Source: Podarcis erhardii (taxonomy: Eukaryota). Taken from it: a stretch of 64,000 nt of DNA. The translations under genes and the position numbers were made by a program. Positions 26,411-39,310 of this stretch are shown here, in pieces. The DNA lies in the NCBI GenBank assembly GCA_964252035.1, contig OZ176209.1; one strand, written 5' to 3'. Position 1 is the first letter of the stretch. Each line of letters begins with the position of its first letter. Under the pieces are notes generated by a model. That model saw nothing but the letters and a program-made list of their open reading frames with translations. It was not told the DNA's origin and did not search any database.

Positions 26411-26558
26411 ATTGAAGATGTTGTAGTTTTCTGTGCGGTCCAACAATTTATCTAGTGGATAAAGGGCTCGGCTGGCAGCATGCCAAGGCAGAAATTCCTT
26501 TTCCTTGGATAGGTATCTGATAATCTCTAGTGGAATGTTCTGAGGCAAATAGCCAGCT
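26411..26558 (-). CDS. TRHDE: TRHDE coding exon (probable exon 13): (R)AGYLPQNIPLEIIRYLSKEKEFLPWHAASRALYPLDKLLDRTENYNIFN
   Basis: 148 nt; acceptor ttatacag|A, donor AAT|gtaaat. Confidence 0.96.
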
Positions 26559-28924
26559 CTGTATAATCAAAGAAGTTATTGTGAATCATTAATTGGAAAA
26601 AGGTCATGGTGACACTAGAAACTGAGGTAAGCTTTTCCTTGTGCAGATACAAATAAAAAACTATAATCATTTCATTATATTATACAATGAGGTCAATATT
26701 CTTTTTTTAAGTTTTCAAATACAGAGTGTTCTTTAGAAATGAATCTATGCATCATAACATATAATTTTAATGAACTCATGTCTACAAGGTCAAAAGGATT
26801 AAAAAAAAAAAAGCCTGATGATAGGAACTGAACAGTCACAAACATTTGTTACAGAAAATATTTATAAGGTCATTATGATTAAACAGGAAGAAGCTAACTC
26901 CCAAGATGCCATTTTTCATTATAGTCCCATCTTGCTCCAACATTCTCCCAACAACATTTATTAATTCAACGGAGAAGACATAGGCCACATTCAACCTTTT
27001 AATGTTGCCATGATAGTTGATATAATAGTAGCTTGGAATAATTATGAAAGCAACGTGTTTCATATTTATTAGCTATTATTAGTTTGCTAGCAATTCCTAT
27101 GAAACATGGGGAGATTTAGAAGGCATAATCCCATCAGTCGGTGGAGAAGCATCATGGGGGGAAAACAATTAAATGAAAATACTACAGAATACTTTCAATT
27201 AATTCACAAAAAAAGAAAAAGAGAACCATAACATCATATGAATAGCAAGATTCCTAACTGATTGACACAAAAATAAATATTTAAATTGCTGAAATCATTA
27301 TAGGAGCTTTCAGTGAGTTAACTAAAGACCACATATCTAATTCTGAAGGGACGATTTGTGAGTTGTGCAGCTGCATTCTGACCTTGGTTTCTTCACTTAC
27401 ATTGAGCGACTGAACTCACAGATAGAGCTCAGTACATTCATTTTCCCCGTAGGGACAAAGTACCAAATGGTAGTGTAATTGCCAAGGGAAAATTATTACT
27501 CCATTCTGAATTATTTCCACCATAAATCCAAAACCCGTCCAACAGACTCTGTCACAAAAACAACAGTGTTGCATTAAAGTGCTGAGAGTCCCACATACAA
27601 GTGAGCCATAAATTCATGAGCCCACCGTCCACCAGAGCCATCCTGAGATGTGCTTAAATCAAAATTAGAAAACCCAAGCTGGTCACAAACTGGCTGGCAG
27701 TGTTGAGACAATGGGAATGAGGTGATTTAGTTGCTACTGTTCTAAAAGGCACTCTGCATCATCTGCTTCATATGGGATGTACAGAACGTGAGTAGCTTAT
27801 GGCTGTTCAGATATATCCCCACCTCCACTTACAAAGTGACAACTCCTACTTTTTCTTATGTAAATCTGTAACAAAGATTGTTTCATGCCTGCACTGTTGT
27901 GTCTGTGCATTGTCATGGAACACAAGAAAATGACACGAACACAAAATTCAGTGGAATTTGTTGTTCAGAGATTTTTCCTCTTGAAAATAAAGCAAAGGAT
28001 AAGGCTATTTTTAGTGCAATGTGTGTTAAATTCATACACTGCATTGGGTACGACATGAAAGGAAAGGTGCTACATTTCACTCTAATGATTCAATGGTTAT
28101 GCACAGCTCTTTTGTATTACTGTATAGTAGATGATAACGGCATGAGTGTTGAGAATGACACAGAATTATGAGTTATTGGCAAATGTTAAGCCCCATATTT
28201 TCCTGGTGCTTCTTTTGCTGCTCATCACAGCTACGGGAGCCATGGACAAACAGTATAGGCCTTGGAAGGCAACAGTGAGAAGATGAGATGTCATGGGCAG
28301 TGTCCCTGCTGGTGCCTGTGATGGACAGGCCCTGGGTCTGCCTCCAGTGGGAACTGGCAAGTCAATCAGCCAATCAGGAGATAGAGGGTGGAATTTAAGT
28401 TGGATGCAGACAATCTGAGAGCACAGTCAGGGCTTGCCTGAACGTTTAACCTGGGATTAGAGATAGGGACTTTCTATCTGGTTGGTCAGAATGGGGGTGG
28501 CAGCAGGTCAGCCAAGGATCCACTAGATCCTAAACAGATTGTGCAGCCAGATAGAAGCCCAATTCAGGCCCCTCTGCTGTGTCAGTCTGGAGCTGATACA
28601 GCTAAATTTAAGAAAAATACTCTCCGGCCACTTTCTGATCTGGTTGGTACAAGAGATATGCCTTTGGATGAAGTAGCAGCTCCAATGCTCCATCCAGCCC
28701 TGGTGCTCCATGGCCAGGTGTTAGGATGGCTCCCCACAACATTAGAAGAAAAGATGACACTGACATAATTCATCAGTGTTTAGTAATGATGGAACCATAT
28801 TTTACTGACAAGGTTCAGCCTTGGAACATTTTTTTAAAACATGTTTATATCACCCTTCGTGGAAACTGATTCCTGGATGGATCACACAATGAAGAATATC
28901 AAAAGACTATAACCACACAATTAT

Positions 28925-29173
28925 AGTCAGGACTTGACAGGCAGGACTTGACATCTTTCCGCAGGGCCTGCAAGACAGAGCTGTTCCACCTGGCCTTTGG
29001 TCAGGGCGCAGCCTGACTCCCTCCTTTGGCAATCTTTACAAAACTTTAGTTTATGGTTGCCATCAATTTTGATTTTAATTAATTTTTATAATGTTTTTAT
29101 AATGTTGTACTGTTTTAGTGTTGTTAGCCGCCCTGAGCCTGGCTTCGGCTGGGGAGGGCGGGATATAAATAAA

Positions 29174-29216
<43 letters not shown>
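28925..29216 (+). mobile_element. L2-type LINE 3' end with (ATT)13 tail
   Basis: cttccgcagggcctgcaagacagagctgttccacctggcctttgg...gttagccgccctgagcc..ggagggcgggatataaataaa then (ATT)13 at 29178-29216. Confidence 0.8.
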
Positions 29217-29218
<2 letters not shown>

Positions 29219-32200
29219 ATAAAGTATCAGGCCAACATAAGTATTAGCAGTATCTAAAATCAATCAATTTATTACTGCCTTTGGCAATTCATAGGAAATA
29301 ATTGGAGATTTTTTAAAACCAATAGACTGTGTTGGAACATGTGAAAAGTATTAAAGTCAATGCCTAAGTTGTGAATCACACATTAGATTGCTATGGATCA
29401 TACTAGTGCATAACAGAATTCAGAAAGCTATTGAAAGAAAAAGCTGCTCTCCTCAAAGTAATTAGTTCGCAGTAATCCCACTCAATTAAATTGTTCACCA
29501 CTGAGGGCTGTGGTCTTGATTTTCAAACTTTAATGTAGATGCAATAATGAAGGTTAAATACAAGATAAACAAAATGTTCATTTACACAGAAACCGTATTA
29601 TTCCTTGTGAATGCATTAAGAGAACATTATCAACAACTCTGCATGTGAGAGCTGATATTTGGGAAGGTTTTGAATGTGTTTCACTGGCTTTGGTGGAAAC
29701 CTTGAATGTTCTTGCAGTCTATTGCTCTAATTTCTGATGCTTAAATTGGTCTGAAAACCCTGACTTTTCTGGTCATTAGTTTGAACAGGGGTTTAAACAA
29801 CATCATTAGGGGATAATATGGATCCAATTACCTTGAATATGCTTGAAGACTTTGGATGTTGTAATGAATTAAATTTGGCTCTCTGGGGAAGGATTAGTGT
29901 GATAAAGATGACTACAAATTCACACTTTAATTTTGCTACACAGATGCTCCCAACAGACAATTCAGGGAACTATCCTTTCCAAAACACGGAGAGCATTTAA
30001 GGGGTTGTATGTTTCTTTCATATAAATGAAGGCATAACATTTAGCTACTGTAATCAATGAGCCTATGTGAACCAGAGGAAGAATGTGTTGCACTCTGTAT
30101 CTTAGAGGTCAGTTTTCAAGTACGAAATTATCAGTGGACTAGACAAGTGCTTACAATTAAGCTGAAGTTACCCACCAGTGAAGTCCAAAATAAAATAATA
30201 ACAGCCACTTACTACAAAGTATTGCTGTGAAAATAAAGAAGGATATATCAATAGGCTTATGACTTACAAGCTTTTGCTCCTTACAATAGACATTATTAAA
30301 ATGTTTAGTTCAAAATTCATTCAGTGAAATTAATATAAATAAAGATCACTTAGGTGTAACCTTCTGCACCGAAGTACAATAACAGATGCTTTGTATGCAT
30401 TGTTAGGTAAGAGAATACCTTATGAAGCAAGTAAGCCAGCTTTCCCATTCCTTTCAATCAATATTGTCACATTGTGAGTAATATAATCTAACAAGCATTC
30501 CCAGTTCCTCAAATTCCCACACTTTCCCACATTTCTTTCCAAGGCCTTTATGATTTCCAAACAGTCGAAATGAAGGTCAATCTAGATGAGGCTTTTGGAG
30601 ATCTGTGATTGGATCTCTTAAGGGGTAGGTGTGCATGTGTGTTTTAAGTTAAAAGCAGTTTCTGGCAGAGATTGGATAGGAGCTGTGTTCCTGAAAGAAA
30701 GTTAACACTTTCCCCTATACTGTTTTCCCCCATTTAAATCCCCTTCTCCCTACCCAGAAGCTGCTATTTGTCCATGAGGAAATCATACAAGAATCATGTG
30801 TATAAGTCAAAACTGACAGCACAAAGTCAGTTTTTGACTTACAAAGCCATAAATAAATCACTTACAACCTTTTTCATGTGCCTCATTGTGACCCATAAGG
30901 TGCAAGTCTCTTAAGAATGCCATCCTTACATCAATTTCAAAGAAGGGGCACTTAAAGAAAGAGCCCTGTGGCTTATTAATCATGAAAATCTATTAAGGTT
31001 TGGAAAAACCTCGAGTCTTTTCAGGAAACAGTTTAAGAATTCTTAATTTGGGGCTGGCATTTCCTGTTCTTGGTCAACTTGTTCCTACACTTCACAACTT
31101 TTATCACAGTGCAAAATAGAAAAGTAAGCAAATTAAATACATTAACTGATGTTAATGTTATAATAAAATATATTCATTGCTTTGACAAGTGAAACAGAAC
31201 ACAGCAACACTATAGCCCCCTTCAGACACTACAACTAGGAGTGAAATAAATACTTCTACATGCATTAGAGCCCCAATAACACATGGGCAGCCCTGTTATA
31301 TCATAGCACACACTACTGCAGTCATTGTCCGTAAGTTAGAAGCAACCAGAATAGTGATGGTAGGCAGAGCTAGTGTATCCCTCCCCTATTCTCCTCCTCA
31401 TGTGTTCACCCTAACTTTAGTGTCAGAAGAGGGCTAAAATTATAACTTATGAAGACAGAAGACACATGCTTTAATACCAGTGTTTTGGGGTTGTACTTAG
31501 CCAGATAAGGGTGAAAAATATGTGCTTTAGTGCTCATCCAGATTTCCTTTAGTGCTGCATTTCTAGTTCTGTGCTTTAAAGTTCTGTGTCCAAGTGTTAT
31601 CTTTTCTCCCTGGCACTTTCCATGCAAAAACATGCTCTTTACCACTGGAAACCATTCCACAGGAAACCCAAATTGTCGTTTGTTCCAATTCACCATTAAA
31701 GAGTGGGTTGACACAGAACAGGAAATTGCGGGGCAAAAGGTAAGTGTGGGTGAGCCCTTAATCCAGAAAAGATGGGGGTGATGGTTCCAAAACAGAGTGT
31801 TCTAGGCTATGTGAACATAACTGTAACCAGTGAGAGATCTCTAGCACCACAGGAACCTTTAGGGAACCTGAAGATGCTACTGAAAACAGTATTGCTACTG
31901 GGAAAATGATAAAAATACATACAATTCACTTCCTTTTTCATATACATACACACACATAAGGAATACACGGCATGTGTGTGATCATCAAATACTTTATCAT
32001 AGAAAGTACTGACCACCATTCACATTTAATTAGCATTTATTGAAAGGTCTACATTACCTTAGCTATATAACATACATAACTCCCATTCAAAAGTCCCTCA
32101 CCTATCGTCAACAGACAATAAAGAACTCTGTATTGTGGCATGCAATAGCACTGAGAATATAGTACCTGTAGTCCACAGAGTCATATATGGCACTCTTATT

Positions 32201-32811
32201 CCTCCCAAAGTATACAAAACTCACTCTGCTGAATTTTTACAAGTGCTACAGTAAGAATTCCCCTTTCCTCCTCCTTGTGGCTGCCTGACAAAGTCTCCAA
32301 TTAAGGAATGCTTGACTACTTCATTTGTACTGGAGCTTTTGAAACACCACAACCAGTGCTGGAATTGCATCCATGATTGAGGTGGTCCTCGGGACTTCTG
32401 AGACTTCCTTGGAGACAGCTCAGAAGCTGAGAACAGTGGGGAATGCACAACCTAGTACCTGACAGGAGTGGGGAGGCAGCAGCATATCTGAGTAATATTG
32501 CTATAGTTGTATTGGCTACCAATTTGGTCATGAGACAATTCATCCTGTTTTATAAAAACATTTAGGACCTAGCTCAGAATTTCTCCATACTGAGAAATCA
32601 GGCCTGTGTCAAGAAAAATAATGATCTCTGCAGTAGCAAGCAAAATGTGGCACTACTCTCTTTTTTTGCCAAATTTTTGAGAACCATTAATTTATGCAAC
32701 CCATTTTGGATGTAGACAATAAATATACATATTATCATTCATATACACACACCCCACCCCACAATTTTAGTAATATAACAGTATTAGAATATATACAAAA
32801 CTGAATCAAGC

Positions 32812-33084
32812 TTATGAACGCGTGATAAAACGTAAAAATATATAAATAGTAAATAAGATTATGAATATGAAATGTTTATTTAAATAATTACTTTCCATAC
32901 TTAATATTATATATATTACATCAGCATATAATCGAACTCTGTTCCAACTATTTACGACTGTTTTTACATATTCTATGAATGACTTCCATCTATTTACTAC
33001 CCTTTTATACATGCCTTGCTTTTTTCTCATTATTCTTGAGGATTGTTTCTGCATTGGATAACCAAGTATCATAAAGCAGAGCAA
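32812..33084 (-). mobile_element. Probable L1/Tx1-type LINE ORF2 C-terminal remnant
   Basis: ORF 32812..33084 contains RIMRKKQG..NRWKSFIEYVK, resembling the recalled squamate L1 C-terminus (..WKxFIEYL); followed by an AT-rich tail. Confidence 0.45.
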
Positions 33085-33488
33085 GAAATATGTATGTCAG
33101 AGCAGGGAGGGGAAATCTGAAGCTTGAAGATTTTTATCATCAGAAATTATATATTGCACAAATATCATTTGGGGAAAAAGGCGTTCATTAGTGAAATGGG
33201 AACACGTTATTAATCTCCAATGTATTAAACTGACTTTAAAGGGAAATTAATCAAGCATCTATACACAGAAATACCCTGAGGCTTTTATCGATCAGGAATG
33301 AGGAAAGTGCAGCTGATGGTGTTTGTGCTTCGTCTCACGGAAAGACAGAAAATTGAAGAAAGCTGGGTGGGATTTGAAACACGTTTTAAAAGATAGGTTC
33401 AACCTTAAAGCACGCCTAGGCTAACCAGGCAAATATAGGAGTATTACAGGGAGGTGTATTAGAATAGATTATCTACAGAAAAACATAC

Positions 33489-33544
33489 CTGGCTAAATTG
33501 AATGCATCATCGATCAAACCCGCACGATTACTGACAGAGATTAC
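33489..33544 (-). CDS. TRHDE: TRHDE coding exon (probable exon 12): VISVSNRAGLIDDAFNLA(R)
   Basis: 56 nt after a 105-nt intron; acceptor cctcatag|GTA, donor CAG|gtatgt; motif NRAGLIDDAF. Confidence 0.96.
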
Positions 33545-33649
33545 CTATGAGGGTAAAGGAGAAAAATTGAACACGTCAGGATAACACAAAAACAGCAGGG
33601 ATTTCAGAAATCACAAAAATATTCAGGCAATATGATTAAATGGGCTTAC

Positions 33650-33783
33650 CTTATGGTTCCTCATCAGTTGGTCAATTAATAATCTCCAATTTCTAATGTC
33701 ATAGTTAACCCTAAAATAGCCAGTTTGATTGATGTTCCCCAGCAGCCAGTTTCCCTCATTAAGGGAAGCAATCCTGTGATGCT
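33650..33783 (-). CDS. TRHDE: TRHDE coding exon (probable exon 11): (E)HHRIASLNEGNWLLGNINQTGYFRVNYDIRNWRLLIDQLMRNHK
   Basis: 134 nt; acceptor ctttgcag|AG, donor AAG|gtaagc; M1-family motif NINQTGYFRVNYD. Confidence 0.96.
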
Positions 33784-34685
33784 CTGCAAAGAAAACACAG
33801 GGAGGGAGGGAGGGAGGGAGGAACTTAAAATTACTGGTTCAAAAAGTTTTAACATTTTATATTGTACCTAGAATATAATTTACCAGCTTTTTTCAGCACA
33901 GTAAAATGTTTTAATTTGAACAGGCTACTTTAATTTCTCTCATAAAACACTGTAAATGAAAAATTCCACTCTTTCAAGAGGACAGTTATTGATATTAATA
34001 TCCAGATAGATATGGTTTGGGCTGACTATAAAAATGCTTTTCTAAATTTGCAATGGAAATATAGAATGCATTTAGTATATTTTTTTCCCTAGAAAAATCT
34101 GGTTATCATGGATGCTACTATCAAAAACTGAAGCCCAAATGCTAGTTCTCTCTAGACAACAAGATTTTAATAAACTCCAAACCAGGTAGCTGGCTTTAAT
34201 TCGGCTTAGGACAAAATTCCTACATTCATCTCTGATGTGATAAATATGTTACAAGATAAAGCTCTACCTCATCAGTTTCATGTGGTGAATATTATTTTAT
34301 AAATGCACCCTCAAATGGTGACAGCTAGTATTTATCACATCAGGAAGCTTGTTAGTTCTCAGTGTCTACCACTGAGGCGGCAAAGACCAACTGTTGCCAC
34401 GACAGAGCTCATTCATGAAGAATGTTCACCACATGAAACTGATGGAGGAAAATTATATCATGAGGACTTAATTGCATCCGAAGTGAATAAAGGAATTGAA
34501 CCATAGTCACTAAATCGGCTGGACAATGCTTGCTTAATTCTAAATATCCGATTTGGTCAGGCTGGAATGCAAGGGAGAGGGAACCTTTATGACATATGGA
34601 TTGCAAACAAAATGCAGTTTCGCTCGGAGTTGATTTGTTGCACAAATTAACCTCACCCACACTATATGCAGCCCAAGTATAAAGT

Positions 34686-34821
34686 CAGGCATAGGCAAAC
34701 TCAGCCCTCCAGATGTTTTGGGACTACAACTCCCATCATACCTAGCTAAAAGGACCAGTGGTCAGGGATGATGGGAATTGTAGTCTTAAAACATCTGGAG
34801 GGCTGAGTTTGCCTATGCCTC
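34686..34821. mobile_element. Palindromic hAT MITE (136 bp)
   Basis: CAGGCATAGGCAAACTCAGCCCTCCAGATGTTTT / AAAACATCTGGAGGGCTGAGTTTGCCTATGCCTc; 8-bp TSD tataaagt at 34678-34685 and 34822-34829. Confidence 0.92.
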
Positions 34822-34842
34822 CTATAAAGTGATAGGAGAACT

Positions 34843-35570
34843 ATCAGGCCAAAGGCCCATTTAGTGCAAAATCCTGTTCTCACAGTGACCAACCAAATGT
34901 TTATGGGAAGCCTGTGAGCAGGACCTCAACACAACAGCATTCCTCATTGACGTAGTTTCCAGAAACTGGTATTCAGAAGCATACTGCATCTAACCATGGA
35001 GACAGAACATAGCTATCATGGCTGGAAGCCACTGAAAGCCTATCCTCCATGAATTTGTCTAATCCTCCCTTAAAGCCATCCAAGTTGGTGACAATCACTA
35101 CACCTTAAACTCTGTGCTTATATGAATGAAATCTTTCTTTTGACTGTCCTGAATCTTCCAACATTCAGTTTCACTGGATGGCCATGGGCTCCAATACTAT
35201 GAGAGGAAGAAAAACAAATCTATATTCGCTTTTCCCACAGCATGCAGGTTCTCATACACCTCTATGATGTCCCCCTTTTTTTCTAAACTAAAAGTCCCAT
35301 CTTTACCTCATGGGGAAATTATTCCAGCCCTTTGATCATTCTGGTTGTGCATTTCTCAACCTTTCCCAGTTCTACAATATGCTTTTTCAGCTCAAGCAAT
35401 CAGAACCGTACACAGTATTCCAAGTCTGGCCATACCATAGATTTGTGTAATGGAGTTATGATATTGAAAGTTTTCTTTTCAGTCCCCACTCCTAATCATT
35501 TATAAAATGAAATTTGCATTTTTTTCACAGCTGTTGCACACTGCTTCATCCAAATATTCATTGAGTTATT
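34843..35570 (-). mobile_element. CR1 3' fragment
   Basis: atcaggccaaaggcccatttagt..aagccatccaagttggtg..gtcctgaatcttccaacattcag..cagaaccgtacacagtattccaagt; reverse-strand CR1 3' region. Confidence 0.8.
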
Positions 35571-36174
35571 CCCAAAGTCTCTTTGGGGCATGCCCATCAT
35601 TTACTGCACATGAGTTTCCTCCTTTTTCATTTCTTTGTGCCCCCCTCCTGTTTCATGCACCCTTTAGAACCTTTAGAAAAGGCCATTGAAAACAGTTTGA
35701 TGCTGGACTAGTAGTAAAAATATAGTATATAGAGATATATAAAAGTGCAGATTCATTTATTAATTTGCTTTGTCAGTGCCCCCAGCTTTCTATGCATGTG
35801 TTTTCTATTGTTAAGTGTTTTCAAAATGCAGTAAACGTTTTACACACATTAACTGACTTGCTTTTGGAACTTTTAAGAAACCTACAATGGGTTTTTAAAA
35901 ATCTAAAAAGTCACCGTAATGTTAACAGAATCCAGTCAGAGCCTGGAGCAGTTCCAGGCCAGGTTTGATGGAAAAGACCAGAAGCCAATGTTACAGTCCA
36001 GACAAGGAGCACGTGAACAAACTTTTATTTTCATCCAGACCTATTCTTGCAGTTTAACAGAGTCCTAAAACAGCACTTGACTCAGCAGACCTAGAACCCC
36101 TTCTCAGACACCCCAGAAGCCCAGACTTCCTCTTCTTTCACCAGAGTTCTACTTAGTTTTAACTTAAATGGATA

Positions 36175-36389
36175 AAAAAATTCCTTCCAGTAGCACCTTA
36201 AAGACCAACTAAGTTAGTTCTTGGTATGAGCTTTCGTGTGCATGCACACTTCTTCAGAAGTATCTGAAGAAGTATGCATGCACACGAAAGCTCATACCAA
36301 GAACTAACTTAGTTGGTCTTTAAGGTGCTACTGGAAGGAATTTTTTTATTTTGTTTTGACTACGGCAGACCAACACGGCTACCTATCTG
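36175..36389. mobile_element. Penelope-like element terminal (pLTR) fragment as a head-to-head inverted repeat
   Basis: 87-bp arms 36172-36258 / 36263-36349, one mismatch, 4-nt spacer; 15-bp TSD taacttaaatggata at 36160-36174 and 36390-36404; carries the hammerhead core typical of PLE termini. Confidence 0.8.
36260..36297 (+). ncRNA. Minimal type I hammerhead ribozyme motif (one stem II mismatch)
   Basis: GUAU-CUGAAGA-A-GUAUGC-AU-GCACAC-GAAA-GC-UC/AUAC: stem I GUAU/AUAC, core CUGANGA and GAAA, palindromic AGCU helix III; predicted cut after 36293. Confidence 0.65.
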
Positions 36390-36566
36390 TAACTTAAATG
36401 GATAGTAACATATCAATTGACATAATTAAGGCAGGATAAGATTATTCACACCTAGGTCTTGAGGCTGTTGAAGTGGGCCTAATGTGTGCTCCAGGTTGTT
36501 CTAAATAAAATGGTTTGGTCACCACCCTTTATGTAAAGAATACATCTTCATCGTTCTGCACTCAGG

Positions 36567-36706
36567 CATAAGAACATAGAATTGTAGAGTTGGAAGGAAC
36601 CATGAGGGTCATCTAGTCCCACCCTGCAATGCTGGAATCTTTTGCCTAATGTCAAACCCACAACTCTGAGATTAAGTGTCTCATACTCTACCAAATGAAC
36701 TATCCC
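36567..36706 (-). mobile_element. tRNA-head / CR1-tail SINE (Squam2-like)
   Basis: Minus strand GGGATAGTTCATTTGGTAGAGTATGAGACACTTAATCTCAGAGTTGTGGGTTTGAC head plus CR1 tail ..CCTTCCAACTCTACAATTCTATGTTCTTATG. Confidence 0.7.
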
Positions 36707-37019
36707 GGTTGTCTCCCCACACCAAACTGTCTACAACCATCAGTACTCTTATATAATAAATTATTCCAGGGCAAATCAATCTGCAAGCACTATTTCCATC
36801 AGCATCTGTATCAACAAGTTGCCAGATTCATAGGATCTGAAAATAAACACATGTCCCAGCATGCCTTTCTATAAAGTCCCTCCCTCTTCTTTTTTAGCAT
36901 AATTAATTATCCTATTTAGCCCATCAAGCTTTTAATGAGTGGTAACTGCTTCAGGATTGGAAAACACTTCTTTTTTTTAAGTAATCTTAATGATCCTCTT
37001 TCCCTTCAAAGCCCCCCAC

Positions 37020-37022
<3 letters not shown>

Positions 37023-37068
<46 letters not shown>
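37023..37068. repeat. (AC)23 microsatellite
   Basis: Uninterrupted AC dinucleotide run, 46 bp. Confidence 0.97.
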
Positions 37069-37070
<2 letters not shown>

Positions 37071-39083
37071 TTGTCTGGGGGTGCTCACCTACACAAGTAG
37101 GCACTTCAGTAAAATTTAAATTCAGTAAATCAAATAAAAATAGGCAAACAGCTAATTGGGGAAGACAAACAGTGTCTTGGAGCTTAGTTTAAAAGTACAA
37201 AATGTCTGTGAGATGGGAAAGCATGTGTTATTTTTTTTTAAAAAATGGGGGGTGGGATTATTTTTTAAAAAATGCTTGACATTCTGCAAGATCCAATTCG
37301 AAATATTGCAACAAATGACACCTCACCCCCAAAAATTAGCCTACTGAAATAGAGAAAATAGGAGTGGGACAGTATCCAGAAGTAGATTTTTGTATGGAAA
37401 GACAGTGAACTTTGCTCAGTTCTGGAACTCAGAAAAAATCCATGCTCCAGAATTCTTGCATTCTAGGTGCTTGTCTTATATACTAGGCTTCAGTAAAATC
37501 TTTCTTTCTGATTTTTTTAAAAAAAGTAGATTCTACAAGCCTGAAGTCTGCCCACCTCCCTTCCAGTCCTTTACCGAGAAATGAATATGGCATAATGACA
37601 GTTGTATGCATATAACCTTTGTAGATTAGATCAACTGAATATTGGCCACAAACTATCTAGATTCCAGACTATTTTCATACATGTTATAAAGTAGTATGAA
37701 AACCTGCCAGTCAAAGATGACAGCTTCAAAACACCTATTTCATCACTACACATTTCTTTGATAAAGGAAAGCTACAGCAGTATCTTTAAAGAAAAGAAAA
37801 AGAAAAGTGTTTCTGTTATCATGGTTTTCAGTAAGTTTTCAGTACAATCACAATCCATTATTATTTTTTAGATAAGGGCATGATTATTTTGACCTTTTCC
37901 TACAAAGGAGAGTAGGAATCTTTTCATGTTATTTTAGTTCAAATAAGTAGGAGGTTATTGTAAAGGTTGTCTGATGAATGTTCTTCACAAAGTTCTATAT
38001 AATTTACTAGAATTTTATGTCTGAGCCTTTCTCAACATTTCTATACATCGCACTTTCTTTACCAATGCCTCTCTGGTGTTCTTACTTCATTGAAATCATG
38101 TGCAATTTCTCTAATTATCAGAAATATTTACTGAAAAGTCATGTTGGCAACAAAAGAAGGTAGAAGCTCATTTTATCCAAAAATAATATTTATCCTATGC
38201 ATAGAATTGTTGCAAGATATAAATATCTAATATTGGTGACTAACTTTTCTTTGTTATTTTTGTTTGTTCAGAATATGGAGGGTGGTTTTAGAGTATTGTC
38301 TGAAACTTCGTTTATCAGGACATGAATTTGGGTCCATTTGTGCTTGCAAAAAACATGCATTCTAGAATACATGGGCATATAGCTTAGTCGTTTTCTAGCA
38401 GGCAAACACCTTCCAGAAGTGTATGGAACAAAATGACTAGTATTTTGGATATTGGAAGGACAAATGCTTGCCGTTACATTTGATAAGCAGCTGACCTACC
38501 ACTCTTCATTGTACAGGGACAACTCTGTAAACATTAGGATTGTGCATAAACTCTTAGCTACAAAGCTGTTTTTTGAATTTCCACAATCCAACCCTACTCA
38601 TCTCCCTTACAAATGTAAGATGTTACATTGTATGTAATTCATACAAAACTGTTGTTGTAGGCTTCATGAAATGTAACACTGAGAACCCTACATGTGTGTA
38701 ATTAAGTTATTGTATGAGAAATATTTTACTAACCCTTTCATGCAGCACTTCATGATATCCATATGGTTCAGGAGGACCCCCTGACTCTCAGCATAGGCAC
38801 CTACAACCTTCCGCTCCAACCTATAGTAATTTACTCTTTGGTCAGTTGATACATGTACAGTGTAAGTGCGTGCACATTTACTCAGGAGTAGCTCCCACTA
38901 TGTTCATGGGGGCTTAATTCCTAGTAAACATACATTTAGGATTAGTGTTAAAACTACTATAAAAAACGCTGTAAGGTAAGTGTAAATATAATTTATGCAT
39001 TTTTAGTTCACTACACACTGATGCAGTGGCGTACAATACTCTCTGTTTAAAATGAATCTAGCCTTTCAAGTAGTAAACACATA

Positions 39084-39310
39084 CAGTTGTACCTTGGTTC
39101 TCAAAGTTGAACATTTTGGCTCCCGAATGATTGAAAACCAGAAGTGATTGTTCCGGTTTTCGAACATTCTTTGGAACCTGAACGTCCGGCATGGCTTCCT
39201 ATTGGCTGTTGCAAGAGCTTCCTGCAGCCAACCAGAAGCCGCTCTTTAGTTCCCAAACATTTTGGAAGTCGAAGAGACTTCCAGAACGGATTCCATTCGA
39301 CTTTCAAGGT
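39084..39310. mobile_element. Tc1/mariner (Tigger-like) MITE, same family as 24032-24266, opposite orientation, right end eroded
   Basis: TA|CAGTTGTACCTTGGTTCTC start; the reverse complement of its right half aligns by eye with the left half of the 24-kb copy (ttctg.aagtc..tt.gacttccaaaa). Confidence 0.65.

Noticed and set aside
28997-29263. Poly-Tyr / poly-Ile ORFs (also 339..560)
   Set aside because: Translations of (ATT)n/(TAA)n LINE tails.
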